Source: Bacteroidales bacterium
GTDB lineage: Bacteria; Bacteroidota; Bacteroidia; Bacteroidales; UBA1402
Direction of reading: 5' to 3'
Length of the DNA: 64,000 nt
Assembly: GCA_035719105.1 (NCBI GenBank)
Contig: DASTGN010000003.1
Location: 198,979 to 262,978, forward strand
Under the pieces are notes generated by a model. The model did not search any database. It was not told where the DNA came from and was given only the letters and a program-made list of their open reading frames with translations. Below are positions 55,249 to 64,000 of the stretch, one piece after another; within the stretch, counting starts at the first letter, position 1; each line of letters begins with the position of its first letter. The translations under genes and the position numbers were made by a program.

Positions 55249-57179
55249 TATTTCGTTTTGTCTAAAGCCTCATACGGCGAATTTTGACTGATAAATTCAG
55301 GAACCATACGCTTCATGGCCATCACGGTGGACGGCACGTTCACTTCCGTGGCGGCATCCACAATGGTCTTCACAGCCACATCCACCTTCTCCAATTCGTA
55401 TTGTCGTACCTTGGCCACCGTTATCTTCTCGTGAACCGTCGGCTTGGTCACTTCCTTATCGTTCAGCAATTCCTCGTACAATTTTTCACCAGGACGCAAC
55501 CCGATGAATTCAATCATGATGTCCTTATCCGGCACCAAACCAGCCAACTCGATCATCCTTTTGGCCAAATCCACAATCTTGACCGGATCACCCATGTCGA
55601 ACACGTAAATTTCGCCCGTTTTACCGAACGAAGCCGCTTCCAACACCAAACGACAAGCCTCAGGTATGGTCATAAAATAGCGGATGATGTCCTTATGCGT
55701 CACCGTAACCGGCCCGCCTTTTTCTATCTGTTCCTTAAAATGCGGAATTACTGAACCGTTGGAACCCAATACATTACCAAACCGCGTTGTCACAAACCGA
55801 ATGGGATTGCCCATATTGGAACAATGTTTTGCCAAAGCCTGCACGTAAATTTCGGCAATACGCTTGGAGGCACCCATCACGTTGGTTGGATTCACCGCCT
55901 TGTCCGTGGAAATCATCACAAAGCCCTCGCAACCATACTTCACCGCATAGTTCGCCACATTGAAGGTACCCGAAATATTGACCAAAGCCGCTTCGCAAGG
56001 ATTCTCCTCCATCATGGGCACATGCTTGTAAGCAGCCGCATGATACACCACTTCCGGACGATATTTGGAAAAAACATGCTCCAACCGATGCTTGTTTCGA
56101 ACATCGCCAATGATGGGCAGAATCTTCAGTTTGGGAAACAACCGCTCCATTTCCAAACGCAAATTGTGCAAAGGTGTTTCCGCCATATCGTACAACAAAA
56201 GCATTTTAGGTTGAAAGACGGCCAACTGGCGCACCAATTCACTACCGATGGAACCAGCCGCACCAGTAATCAATATGACTTTGCCTTGGAGTTGACCCGC
56301 AATTCGGTTCATATCAATCTTGATTTCATCGCGACCCAACAAATCTTCGAACTGAATGGGCTTCATTTGAAACTGCGTTTGTCCAGTGGCACTCACCCCT
56401 TCGAAAGGCGGCGATACCAACACCGCCACCTGCAATTCCCTGCATTTGGCAATCAAATCTTGTTCCTTGCGAACGCTTTTATAATCGGGAAACAAGACAA
56501 TGGAAATATCGTTCTGCGCAAAAAAACTTTCAATATGCTCCAAATCAATGCCATAGACTTCCAAACCCTGAATGCGTGTTTTGAAGGCATCCCTGTTTCT
56601 GGTAAGGAAACCCATCACCTGCTGGTTGTTCTTACCGCTCCGCTTGATCCATTGAGATAAGGCAATGCTGTGTACTCCAATGCCATAGATCAACATTTTT
56701 TTGGTTCGTTTGTTAATGGGCTTCATGGCGTAATTGTATATGACAAGAATCCAAAACCGCACAAACAACATGGAAACCAAACTGAAGAGAAACACGTTCT
56801 GAATGAAAGACATACGACCGTGCATCGATGATTCGAAAACCAACAGAACAAAGTATAACGCAACGGAAGCCAACACGTCAGCCACAAACAAGCGCCACAT
56901 TTCCTGGAAATTGGAATGTCGCACCAAACCACGATGCGATTTAAAGGCGGCAAAACCAATGGCACAGAACACGACGAAGGTCAAACCCAACCAATGGTAG
57001 TCGGGTACCGCCTCGTTCCCCAATATCCGTATCCTATTTAACACCGCCAGCGAAAACGCAGCAGCACACAACACCAAATCGATGACATAGACCAACCAGC
57101 GGTTTACCAATGAGAACCTCATCAACCGCCGAATGATTCGACCAACCAATTCTTGAAATTCAATCATAATTTTCAACAT
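55248..57179 (-). CDS. CapD/WbpM-type polysaccharide biosynthesis protein, copy 2
   Basis: The architecture matches 46483-48411 (TM helices, ITGAAGSIGSEL, STDKAVNPTNVMGASKR). The C-terminal halves align almost residue for residue. The start may be one of the internal Met residues. Confidence 0.88.
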   Translation of the reverse strand: MLKIMIEFQELVGRIIRRLMRFSLVNRWLVYVIDLVLCAAAFSLAVLNRIRILGNEAVPDYHWLGLTFVVFCAIGFAAFKSHRGLVRHSNFQEMWRLFVADVLASVALYFVLLVFESSMHGRMSFIQNVFLFSLVSMLFVRFWILVIYNYAMKPINKRTKKMLIYGIGVHSIALSQWIKRSGKNNQQVMGFLTRNRDAFKTRIQGLEVYGIDLEHIESFFAQNDISIVLFPDYKSVRKEQDLIAKCRELQVAVLVSPPFEGVSATGQTQFQMKPIQFEDLLGRDEIKIDMNRIAGQLQGKVILITGAAGSIGSELVRQLAVFQPKMLLLYDMAETPLHNLRLEMERLFPKLKILPIIGDVRNKHRLEHVFSKYRPEVVYHAAAYKHVPMMEENPCEAALVNISGTFNVANYAVKYGCEGFVMISTDKAVNPTNVMGASKRIAEIYVQALAKHCSNMGNPIRFVTTRFGNVLGSNGSVIPHFKEQIEKGGPVTVTHKDIIRYFMTIPEACRLVLEAASFGKTGEIYVFDMGDPVKIVDLAKRMIELAGLVPDKDIMIEFIGLRPGEKLYEELLNDKEVTKPTVHEKITVAKVRQYELEKVDVAVKTIVDAATEVNVPSTVMAMKRMVPEFISQNSPYEALDKTK

Positions 57180-58101
57180 ATTCTTGAACCGATTTAATCA
57201 ACCCTTCCCTGAGTTGAAACGGCATCGATTTCACACCAAGCGCTTTTTTCAATTTTTGATTGCTGGCCACAAAATTCTTCGAAAGTTTCAAGTATTCGAA
57301 TTTGTTGAAATATCCATGAAACCATCCAGTCACTACAGCAGCAACCTTGAAAAAGCTTTTTCCCAAACGCCAAACACGCACTTTCTTGCCCGTGGCCTGT
57401 CCAATGAGTTTAAAATAATCCGTCGAAGTCATCGATCCATCATCCGTCAAATGATACACCCCACCGGGAACATCCTTTTCCAACATTTGTACCAAGACAA
57501 AATGCAGATTGTCCAACGATGTAAACGATCTTCTGCATTCAAAGCTACCAAAAACATACGGAATCCCCTTACGTACCCAATTAAAAATTCGTATGGAATT
57601 CTCATTACATAAAAGTCCCCTGCCATGTATAAAGGCCGTTCGCAAAATATAGACCTTCTTATCGAGCAACCATGTATCTTGTAAATACTGCTCTACCATG
57701 TACTTACTTTCTCCCAATGGTCCAAAAGGCATCGGTATCATTTCCTCAGTCAAATCCTCGTCATTCGTTCTATTTCCAATCACCTTGATGGAACTCAAGT
57801 AATAAAATTGCTTCGCATTCGATTTTTTGAACCATTCAAAGATGCACCGCGTAAGCCCTACATTGTTCTCCATATACTCGAGCGATCTGGCCAAATCTAT
57901 CGTGTCCGCATCCTTACCCGCCAAATGAATCACCGCATCCACTTCTGGCATTTGCGAGAACTCATTACACGTGAACACTTGGCTCACCCCCTCCATTGCC
58001 ACCAATGTATCATCCATTCCATACACCGTATGGTACGGGCTAAGCTTCTCCACCAGAAAAGCCCCAACAATGCTGTGAACACCTGTAATTAATAGATTCA
58101 T
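57160..58101 (-). CDS. SDR-fold epimerase/dehydratase paralogue with degenerate cofactor and catalytic motifs
   Basis: It aligns with 59156-60094. It has TGVHSIVG where the paralogue has TGVHGFVG, and PLGESK where the paralogue has PYGESK, so the YxxxK Tyr is replaced by Leu. Confidence 0.72.
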   Translation of the reverse strand: MNLLITGVHSIVGAFLVEKLSPYHTVYGMDDTLVAMEGVSQVFTCNEFSQMPEVDAVIHLAGKDADTIDLARSLEYMENNVGLTRCIFEWFKKSNAKQFYYLSSIKVIGNRTNDEDLTEEMIPMPFGPLGESKYMVEQYLQDTWLLDKKVYILRTAFIHGRGLLCNENSIRIFNWVRKGIPYVFGSFECRRSFTSLDNLHFVLVQMLEKDVPGGVYHLTDDGSMTSTDYFKLIGQATGKKVRVWRLGKSFFKVAAVVTGWFHGYFNKFEYLKLSKNFVASNQKLKKALGVKSMPFQLREGLIKSVQEYVENYD

Positions 58102-58199
58102 GAGATTTTTTTGTCCATGGTTAGTTCCATAACATTCTATTTTCCAAGCGAAGCCAATATTATAGTTTACAAAATATTAGACTTTTGCTTTACATATTA

Positions 58200-59153
58200 T
58201 TAGAGGCTGTGTAGCCGAAAATATTTCTTTATAAACAACGCATAGCCTAAAGAAAACAAAAGTATAATACCAAGTGCATATACAACATGGCTAGTCGAAA
58301 TAATTAGTCCAACCGAAATCAACGCTTGTAAAGTCATATAAATTGCCGAAACCACTACATGAGGCATCTTTAATTCGTTAGCCATGATTTGATACAAATG
58401 CTTCCGGTGCGCTTTAAAAATATTTTCCTTCAGCATCAAACGATGAACAATCGTCAAAATACTATCCACTCCGTATAGTGCCAACAACAAAATGTAGCTG
58501 AAATCTCCCGTCTTGATAATAAGCAACCCTAGCAAAAAAACCACGATGAACGCCATCGAAACCGCCCCCACATCCCCAGCAAAACACTTGGCTTTCTTCC
58601 TGAAATTGAAGAAATTAAATACCATCAGGGCAATTAGGATCATATCCAGAAAATCGGAATCCACAAAAGGCGAAACATAGGCATTGATGTACCATAGAGC
58701 ACCAATCACCACCAAACTATAACCACCTGTTATCCCGTTGATGCCGTCCATAAAATTAAACGCATTCAACACCCCCGTACAAAACACCAACGAAATCAAT
58801 GTGTAGAACCAAGGCAATCCAAACAATCCCCATTCATAAAACATCAATCCCATAGCAACAAAATGGAAACACAACCGCATCCACGAAGGCCTAGGCTTTA
58901 GGTCATCCATAAAACTAATAATGGTAATCAACGTCAAACCCGCAAAAAAATAGGGATACTGAAACTGAAACAGAAAGAAATAAAGCAATACCCCAAAGAA
59001 AAACACAATGCCTCCACCCCTTAAAGTTACATCTGAATGTGAACTCCTCAAATTGGGCTTGTCAATGATATTCAATTTCTCGGCCAACTTAAAATAACCA
59101 AGCTCAGCAACCAACAAAATGAGTAATGAAACAACATATATCATAAACGTCAA
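58200..59153 (-). CDS. polyprenol-phosphate sugar-1-phosphate transferase (WecA/WbpL, MraY-like)
   Basis: It has 10-11 TM helices. The motifs are DDLKP and NFMDGINGI. Confidence 0.85.
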   Translation of the reverse strand: MTFMIYVVSLLILLVAELGYFKLAEKLNIIDKPNLRSSHSDVTLRGGGIVFFFGVLLYFFLFQFQYPYFFAGLTLITIISFMDDLKPRPSWMRLCFHFVAMGLMFYEWGLFGLPWFYTLISLVFCTGVLNAFNFMDGINGITGGYSLVVIGALWYINAYVSPFVDSDFLDMILIALMVFNFFNFRKKAKCFAGDVGAVSMAFIVVFLLGLLIIKTGDFSYILLLALYGVDSILTIVHRLMLKENIFKAHRKHLYQIMANELKMPHVVVSAIYMTLQALISVGLIISTSHVVYALGIILLFSLGYALFIKKYFRLHSL

Positions 59154-59155
59154 AC

Positions 59156-60094
59156 TTAATGTTGAAAGCTCCGAAAGGTCTTTTCAAGGCCCTCCTTCGC
59201 TGTAATGGGCATCTTTTCTATCTGAAGCGCCTTTTTAATTTTCTCATTCGAAACCACGTAATTTTCTGTCAATTTCCTCAAACGTTCACTGTTCAATGGA
59301 AAGTGTATTATAGTTCCTATCCTTGCACAACCTTCAATCAATCTGCGGTTTATCTTCCAAATCCTACCTTTCTTGTTCATCGATTTACACATCACCTCTA
59401 TCAACTCATTGGTCGAAAGCGCTTCATCGTCTCCCATGTTGTAAATGCCAGAAGGGATATCTTTCGAAATCAACTTTTCAATGACATAACACAAATCATC
59501 GATCGAAGTAAATGAACGTCTGTTCTCAAACGCCCCCAATGGCCACGGAAACCCCTTACTGACCACCTTATACAACAAATTCAAATTGCCCTTGTTACCA
59601 GGCCCATGGATCATACAGGGACGCAATATATAGACCGATTTACTTGGATCTGTAGGCATATTCGCTTGAATGTATGCCTCTGCAGCCATCTTAGACTCAC
59701 CATACGGCCCCTTCGGCGAAGGAACGACCTCTTCTGTCAACTCCGCTCCCTGCACGCTATCAGCAGCTGCTTTCACCGAACTAAAGAAAATAAATTTGGT
59801 TGCCGACGATTTTAAATAGAAGTCGTAGATTTTTTTGGTCAGTCCCGTATTAATGTCAAAGTAAACACTGGCTTCAGACTGGTTTTTGGTATCGTGCGCT
59901 TTGCCTGCAAGGTGTATGATAGCATCGATATTAGGCAAAGTCCCAGACTCCAAATCTTTCCAAGAAAATGTTTTCTTAATTCCTTCTTTTTCTGGTGAGA
60001 CAATATCCAATCCGTACAAACAATTTACAGAGGAAAGTGATTTAATTAAATTTCCACCGACAAAACCATGGACACCTGTAATCAGAATATTCAT
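59156..60094 (-). CDS. NAD-dependent epimerase/dehydratase (WbpV/WbpK-like)
   Basis: The glycine motif is TGVHGFVGG, with SSVK and PYGESK (YxxxK) also present. Confidence 0.8.
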   Translation of the reverse strand: MNILITGVHGFVGGNLIKSLSSVNCLYGLDIVSPEKEGIKKTFSWKDLESGTLPNIDAIIHLAGKAHDTKNQSEASVYFDINTGLTKKIYDFYLKSSATKFIFFSSVKAAADSVQGAELTEEVVPSPKGPYGESKMAAEAYIQANMPTDPSKSVYILRPCMIHGPGNKGNLNLLYKVVSKGFPWPLGAFENRRSFTSIDDLCYVIEKLISKDIPSGIYNMGDDEALSTNELIEVMCKSMNKKGRIWKINRRLIEGCARIGTIIHFPLNSERLRKLTENYVVSNEKIKKALQIEKMPITAKEGLEKTFRSFQH

Positions 60095-60972
60095 CAGATA
60101 TGAATCAGGCTAACCGTTTCTTTAATGTTTCGATCTGAGGAAGCACCAAAAACGACAGATTGAAGATTTAAACCATTTATAAAATCATATGCATCCGTTG
60201 CCTTTATTGCTCCAGATGCTAAAGTTGACATGGCCATGATTTGATATTTGTCAGGATCGTTATTTTGAATACATTCCAAATATGACGGCACATTAGGGGA
60301 CATCAAATATCCGATTTTATTTATTGAGGTACAAATTACTACTTCTTCAATACCCCATTCTTCTAGTTTGGCCTTTAAATAGGGTAGATTCTGAGTGATT
60401 AAACCTGGCAACGCATGGTATTTATTCCGTATGTATTGGCAATATTCGTAAAATATATCCTTCATACCATAACCCAAAATCAAGTCTACAATTATATTTT
60501 GAAGAAATATAACTTTAACATTCAACCCTTTGTATATTTTAACTTCAACATCAACCAACATCTTCATCAACTCAATGGCATCTTTATTTAATACTGCCAT
60601 GCCCCCTTTTGCAACCATACCCAAAACACCCAATGCAGAATTATTGCTGAAAAGCACTTCGTTTATCGCAGGGAATATGCCTTTCTCATTAACCATATTG
60701 GCATATTTGTGCGGATACGGAATGGAGGGATACCATACTAGGTCACCATATTGTGATTTGTTCGAGCGAAAATGACTGCAAATTTCCTTGGCTCTATCAT
60801 TACTATTCAGCATTATTGCATTAATTCCGTGCTTAAATGCTAAATCATAAATCTTGAAAATATTTTTTGTATCATAAAACTTTTCAGACAACTGTTGGGC
60901 TTTTTCCTGAGACATGTGATTTATACCAAAAAACTGGTTATCACCAAAAACAACCTTATCTATTTTTTCCAT
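60094..60972 (-). CDS. hypothetical protein in the polysaccharide locus (no family recognised)
   Basis: The 292-aa ORF is tightly packed, sharing 1 nt with the downstream gene. It has no TM segments and no motif I can name. Confidence 0.55.
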   Translation of the reverse strand: MEKIDKVVFGDNQFFGINHMSQEKAQQLSEKFYDTKNIFKIYDLAFKHGINAIMLNSNDRAKEICSHFRSNKSQYGDLVWYPSIPYPHKYANMVNEKGIFPAINEVLFSNNSALGVLGMVAKGGMAVLNKDAIELMKMLVDVEVKIYKGLNVKVIFLQNIIVDLILGYGMKDIFYEYCQYIRNKYHALPGLITQNLPYLKAKLEEWGIEEVVICTSINKIGYLMSPNVPSYLECIQNNDPDKYQIMAMSTLASGAIKATDAYDFINGLNLQSVVFGASSDRNIKETVSLIHI

Positions 60973-60978
60973 AACTAA

Positions 60979-62010
60979 TTATTCATTGTTTTTAGCATCC
61001 ACAAACATATGGTGCATGATGTTTTGAGCGTCGTAACCATCTTTAAATGTGCATATTTTGGTAGTATCTTTACCTAATATGCTATCTGCAAAATGATAAA
61101 GTTGTCGGGTGAACTCGTTACCACGAACATAAAATTGCACAGGTGTAAAGATGTCTGTTATATACACTGTATTCCAACCTTTTTTATATTCGAATTTATC
61201 ATCGTCGGCATTCAAAAACACTTTTAGACCATGTTGATCTGCCAATATCTTACCTTTTGCACCAAAAAGTTCCAATTTATTTGCTGGCTTACGAAAACTA
61301 GTATCGCACCAATTTACATACAACGTACCTGAGCAACCGTTTTTATATGTGAAAGTAGATGAAACAATATCCTCAACATGTTTTGAATAGATTTGATTCA
61401 TACTGGTTCCAACAATCTTGTCGGGCGTTCCAATAATGTAATTGACCAAATCTATTGCATGAGCCGCAATTTCATAAACGGCTCCCCCACCATTCTCACG
61501 GAACGATCTCCAACTTTCGGTTTCCTCTTTTTTCGTAACCGTGCAACTGAACATTTCCGATCGAAAGCGAATGACATCTCCAATAAGGTCTTGATTCACA
61601 TATTTTTTAACGGTCATAAACACATCATTAAATCGATTCACATATCCACATTGATTGATCAAACCCTTTAACTCAAACTTCTCCTTCAGCTCTTTTGCTT
61701 TAAGAACATCATTAGTGAACGGCTTCTCAATAAATGCATGAATATTGCGATCCAATGCATACATTCCAACTTCATAATGGAGATTTGGAGGAGTACATAC
61801 GATAATTGCATCTGGTTTTGCTTCGTCAATCAACTCTTTGTAGTCTTTAAAAACTTGCAAACCTGGAACATATTTTTTCAAAATATCCAAAGTCATTTTT
61901 GATGTATCTGCAACAGCAACTATTTCTACTTGAGGATGGCTGTTAATGATGGAAAAATGTGTAATCCCCATTCGCCCCATACCAACTATGCCTAATCTTA
62001 TTTTATCCAT
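60979..62010 (-). CDS. Gfo/Idh/MocA-family oxidoreductase
   Basis: The start is MDKIRLGIVGMGRMG (ATG at 62010). The Rossmann N-terminal domain includes the EKP motif (FIEKPF). Confidence 0.85.
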   Translation of the reverse strand: MDKIRLGIVGMGRMGITHFSIINSHPQVEIVAVADTSKMTLDILKKYVPGLQVFKDYKELIDEAKPDAIIVCTPPNLHYEVGMYALDRNIHAFIEKPFTNDVLKAKELKEKFELKGLINQCGYVNRFNDVFMTVKKYVNQDLIGDVIRFRSEMFSCTVTKKEETESWRSFRENGGGAVYEIAAHAIDLVNYIIGTPDKIVGTSMNQIYSKHVEDIVSSTFTYKNGCSGTLYVNWCDTSFRKPANKLELFGAKGKILADQHGLKVFLNADDDKFEYKKGWNTVYITDIFTPVQFYVRGNEFTRQLYHFADSILGKDTTKICTFKDGYDAQNIMHHMFVDAKNNE

Positions 62011-63109
62011 ATATTTCAATACATTTCTTATATAAACCAACTATTTTTTCCCAAGTATACCTTCTGGATGCAATTTCAAACATATCGTTTCTAAGTTTTT
62101 CAATTTTATCCAGATTCATTGAATCAAGAATAAATTTTAAGGAGTCTTCATCTTTAAAGTAAAAGGATTTCTCTTCTGTACTTGCCCTATTTGTTGGGAC
62201 ATCAAAACAAAGAACTGGCAATTTCAAAGACATTGCCTCTGTTAACGAGGGTGCTGTACCACATAACGAATGCGTATGTAGGTAAATTTGACAATTTCCA
62301 CGAATAGTATTTAATTCTTTCAAATCATAAATAGAATCCAAAAGAATAATATTGTCGAATTTGTACTTGAACTTCTTCTTTAATTCAATTCCATACTCGG
62401 ATATTTCCCAATTTGAAACTATCACCAATGTCCTATTTGGAATTGATTTATAAGCTTCAATAACTAGATGAATATTCATGTCTTCTTGTGCTCTCGATAT
62501 TGTGAGGTCGTACGGTGAAGCTAAGAATGGATGTTTTATTAATATATCCTTATCAATAGCCTCAAAAACTGCGTGATCACCACCATATTCCGCTAAGACT
62601 GACTTGATGTTGTATTTTGACATCACATAATCATACAAGACCTGATTATCAACAATGACTACATCAGAAGAATGTACACAAATCCATTCGAACCATTTTT
62701 TTGCAACCACTTCCAAAGCTGCGGTCATTTTATGGCCTCTTACCTTCTGCCATTCAATTCCGCCTATATTAAAAATAATTTTTTTCCTAAAAATAAATTT
62801 TAAAGGAAATGCAAAAACACCAGAAAATCCTAAAATGACAAGCACATTATGCTTAAATAAAGAATCAATGATTGAAAGTGCATCATAAACCATTGATTGC
62901 CAACCATTCGCTTTGAATGGAAGATAAATCAATTTAGTGTTCTGATATACTTTTAACCTTTTATCTTTTGGTGTTTTCGCACAATAGCAATAGAGGTCGT
63001 AATCCGAATTTAAATTCTTAGAAAGGTATTCTGTTAATGTCTCAAAACCACCATAACGAGCTGGAATTCCATTTGTTCCTATTAAAGAGACTTTTGTTTT
63101 GCTACTCAT
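62003..63109 (-). CDS. glycosyltransferase (GT-B fold, DUF1972-type N-terminus)
   Basis: The N-terminal sequence VSLIGTNGIPARYGGFETLTEYL is typical of DUF1972 glycosyltransferases. A C-terminal GT1-like domain follows. Confidence 0.78.
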   Translation of the reverse strand: MSSKTKVSLIGTNGIPARYGGFETLTEYLSKNLNSDYDLYCYCAKTPKDKRLKVYQNTKLIYLPFKANGWQSMVYDALSIIDSLFKHNVLVILGFSGVFAFPLKFIFRKKIIFNIGGIEWQKVRGHKMTAALEVVAKKWFEWICVHSSDVVIVDNQVLYDYVMSKYNIKSVLAEYGGDHAVFEAIDKDILIKHPFLASPYDLTISRAQEDMNIHLVIEAYKSIPNRTLVIVSNWEISEYGIELKKKFKYKFDNIILLDSIYDLKELNTIRGNCQIYLHTHSLCGTAPSLTEAMSLKLPVLCFDVPTNRASTEEKSFYFKDEDSLKFILDSMNLDKIEKLRNDMFEIASRRYTWEKIVGLYKKCIEIYG

Positions 63110-63111
63110 TA

Positions 63112-64000
63112 TTAGTCTAAATATCCTTGATAATAATTGCTAATGTATTCTTTTAAAGCGACTTTCCAGTCTCTCATCAAATTCGCCTCCCGAATTTTCA
63201 ATTTTCTATTATCTAGTCGCTCACAAGGTGGTCTTTCCGCAAAATAAATGTCCTTAAAATAATCGCTGGTCACTACATTTAACTTAATCTGATCTTTCAA
63301 ACCAAGAATTTCTAATAACTCTTCTGTCACTTCAAGCCGACTCGTTTGGCCACCACAAACCATATTGTAAAGACCCCAATATTCCTTTTCAATCAAGTAT
63401 TTTACATTTTTTGCAAAATCATGTGTATATGTTGGAGTTCCGTCCTTATCATTTACAATGAATAGTTCTTTTTTCCCATCCTTTAATTGCTTCATCAATT
63501 TTTGGATGAATTTTTTATCTTTATTGGGACCCGCCCCCATCATCCAACCTGCACGACATATCAAAAAACGCTTGGCGTTCTCACTTACAAATCTTTCAGC
63601 CATGTATTTTGAACGTGCATATACACCGAGCGGATTAGGCATATCCCAATCGTCATACAATTCTTTCTTTCCATCAAAAATTCCGGCGGTGCAAATATAA
63701 AGCAAAGGAATATCTAACTCATTGGCAATATATACGGCATTTTCAACGGACATCGTATTTGTACGATATGTTTCGTCAGCATTTTGTTCGCAGAATTCCA
63801 AATCGGTATACGCGCCTAAGTGAAACAGATAATCTGGGTTGAACTCTAAAACATCTTTACGGTAAATATCCAATTCCCTGAAATCCAAAAAGCTCAACCA
63901 TTTTTCATTTACGTCCTTATCAGTACATTTAATTTCATAAGAATCTTTAAATTGATTGTAAAATGCTTCACCAAGCATGCCTCCACAACCAGCAATATAA
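63112..64000 (-). CDS. RmlD-like NAD(P)-dependent sugar-nucleotide reductase; N-terminus outside the window
   Basis: The frame stays open to nt 64000 (...YIAGCGGMLGEAFYNQF), so the glycine-rich cofactor motif straddles the track start. The YARSK (YxxxK) motif is present. Confidence 0.78.
   Translation of the reverse strand, partial: YIAGCGGMLGEAFYNQFKDSYEIKCTDKDVNEKWLSFLDFRELDIYRKDVLEFNPDYLFHLGAYTDLEFCEQNADETYRTNTMSVENAVYIANELDIPLLYICTAGIFDGKKELYDDWDMPNPLGVYARSKYMAERFVSENAKRFLICRAGWMMGAGPNKDKKFIQKLMKQLKDGKKELFIVNDKDGTPTYTHDFAKNVKYLIEKEYWGLYNMVCGGQTSRLEVTEELLEILGLKDQIKLNVVTSDYFKDIYFAERPPCERLDNRKLKIREANLMRDWKVALKEYISNYYQGYLD

Noticed and set aside
54187-56660. Long antisense ORFs (54187-55230, 55284-55754, 55824-56660) opposite the GHMP kinase and capD copy 2. 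Similar ones occur at 16121-16978, 19907-20596, 46675-47658 and 48720-49802.
   Set aside because: All lie opposite genes with strong family motifs. Their translations are Arg/His/Gln-rich with no recognisable domains, as expected for stop-poor antisense frames.

Overview
This is a 64-kb chromosomal segment that looks like a Bacteroidota (Bacteroidales/Marinilabiliales-like) anaerobe. The evidence for that origin is the bamD-rpoZ-DUF4293 synteny, repeated TAnnTTTG -7 promoter boxes, a PPi-dependent phosphofructokinase, GH2/GH97 enzymes, a FISUMP-domain lipoprotein and a long S16. I call about 59 protein genes and one tRNA-Ser(UGA). No rRNA, CRISPR array, intact transposase or integrase was seen. 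Nothing was searched against a database, so every family name comes from motif recognition and memory.

The left half (1-34.9 kb) is mostly housekeeping: uvrB, prmA, pfp, panB, rpsP, a three-gene acyl-CoA carboxylase and a paaK-ACT pair. The right half is accessory and holds most of the findings:
- A tripartite hipB-hipS-hipT-like toxin-antitoxin module lies directly after the tRNA-Ser.
- A minus-strand cluster at 39.3-43.0 kb runs small Cys-containing membrane protein, ArsM-like methyltransferase ending in CCCC, an ORF absent from the ORF track, radical-SAM/SPASM enzyme, and a thioredoxin-thioredoxin-reductase fusion. The missing ORF is a 35-codon Cys-rich peptide (41941-42048, MKSLVKKSCCNSGKSTKKVAQCCAKVSVTIAGCHD). 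I consider this cluster the best candidate for an undescribed peptide-modification or thiol/metalloid system.
- A 1.6-kb non-coding block (44.4-46.0 kb) contains at least five different tandem-repeat families. A related copy at 50.36 kb means direct repeats bracket a 4-gene sugar-nucleotide cassette.
- Two polysaccharide-biosynthesis modules, each with a CapD/WbpM paralogue, are separated by a RES-Xre toxin-antitoxin pair, an AAA ATPase and a FISUMP lipoprotein.
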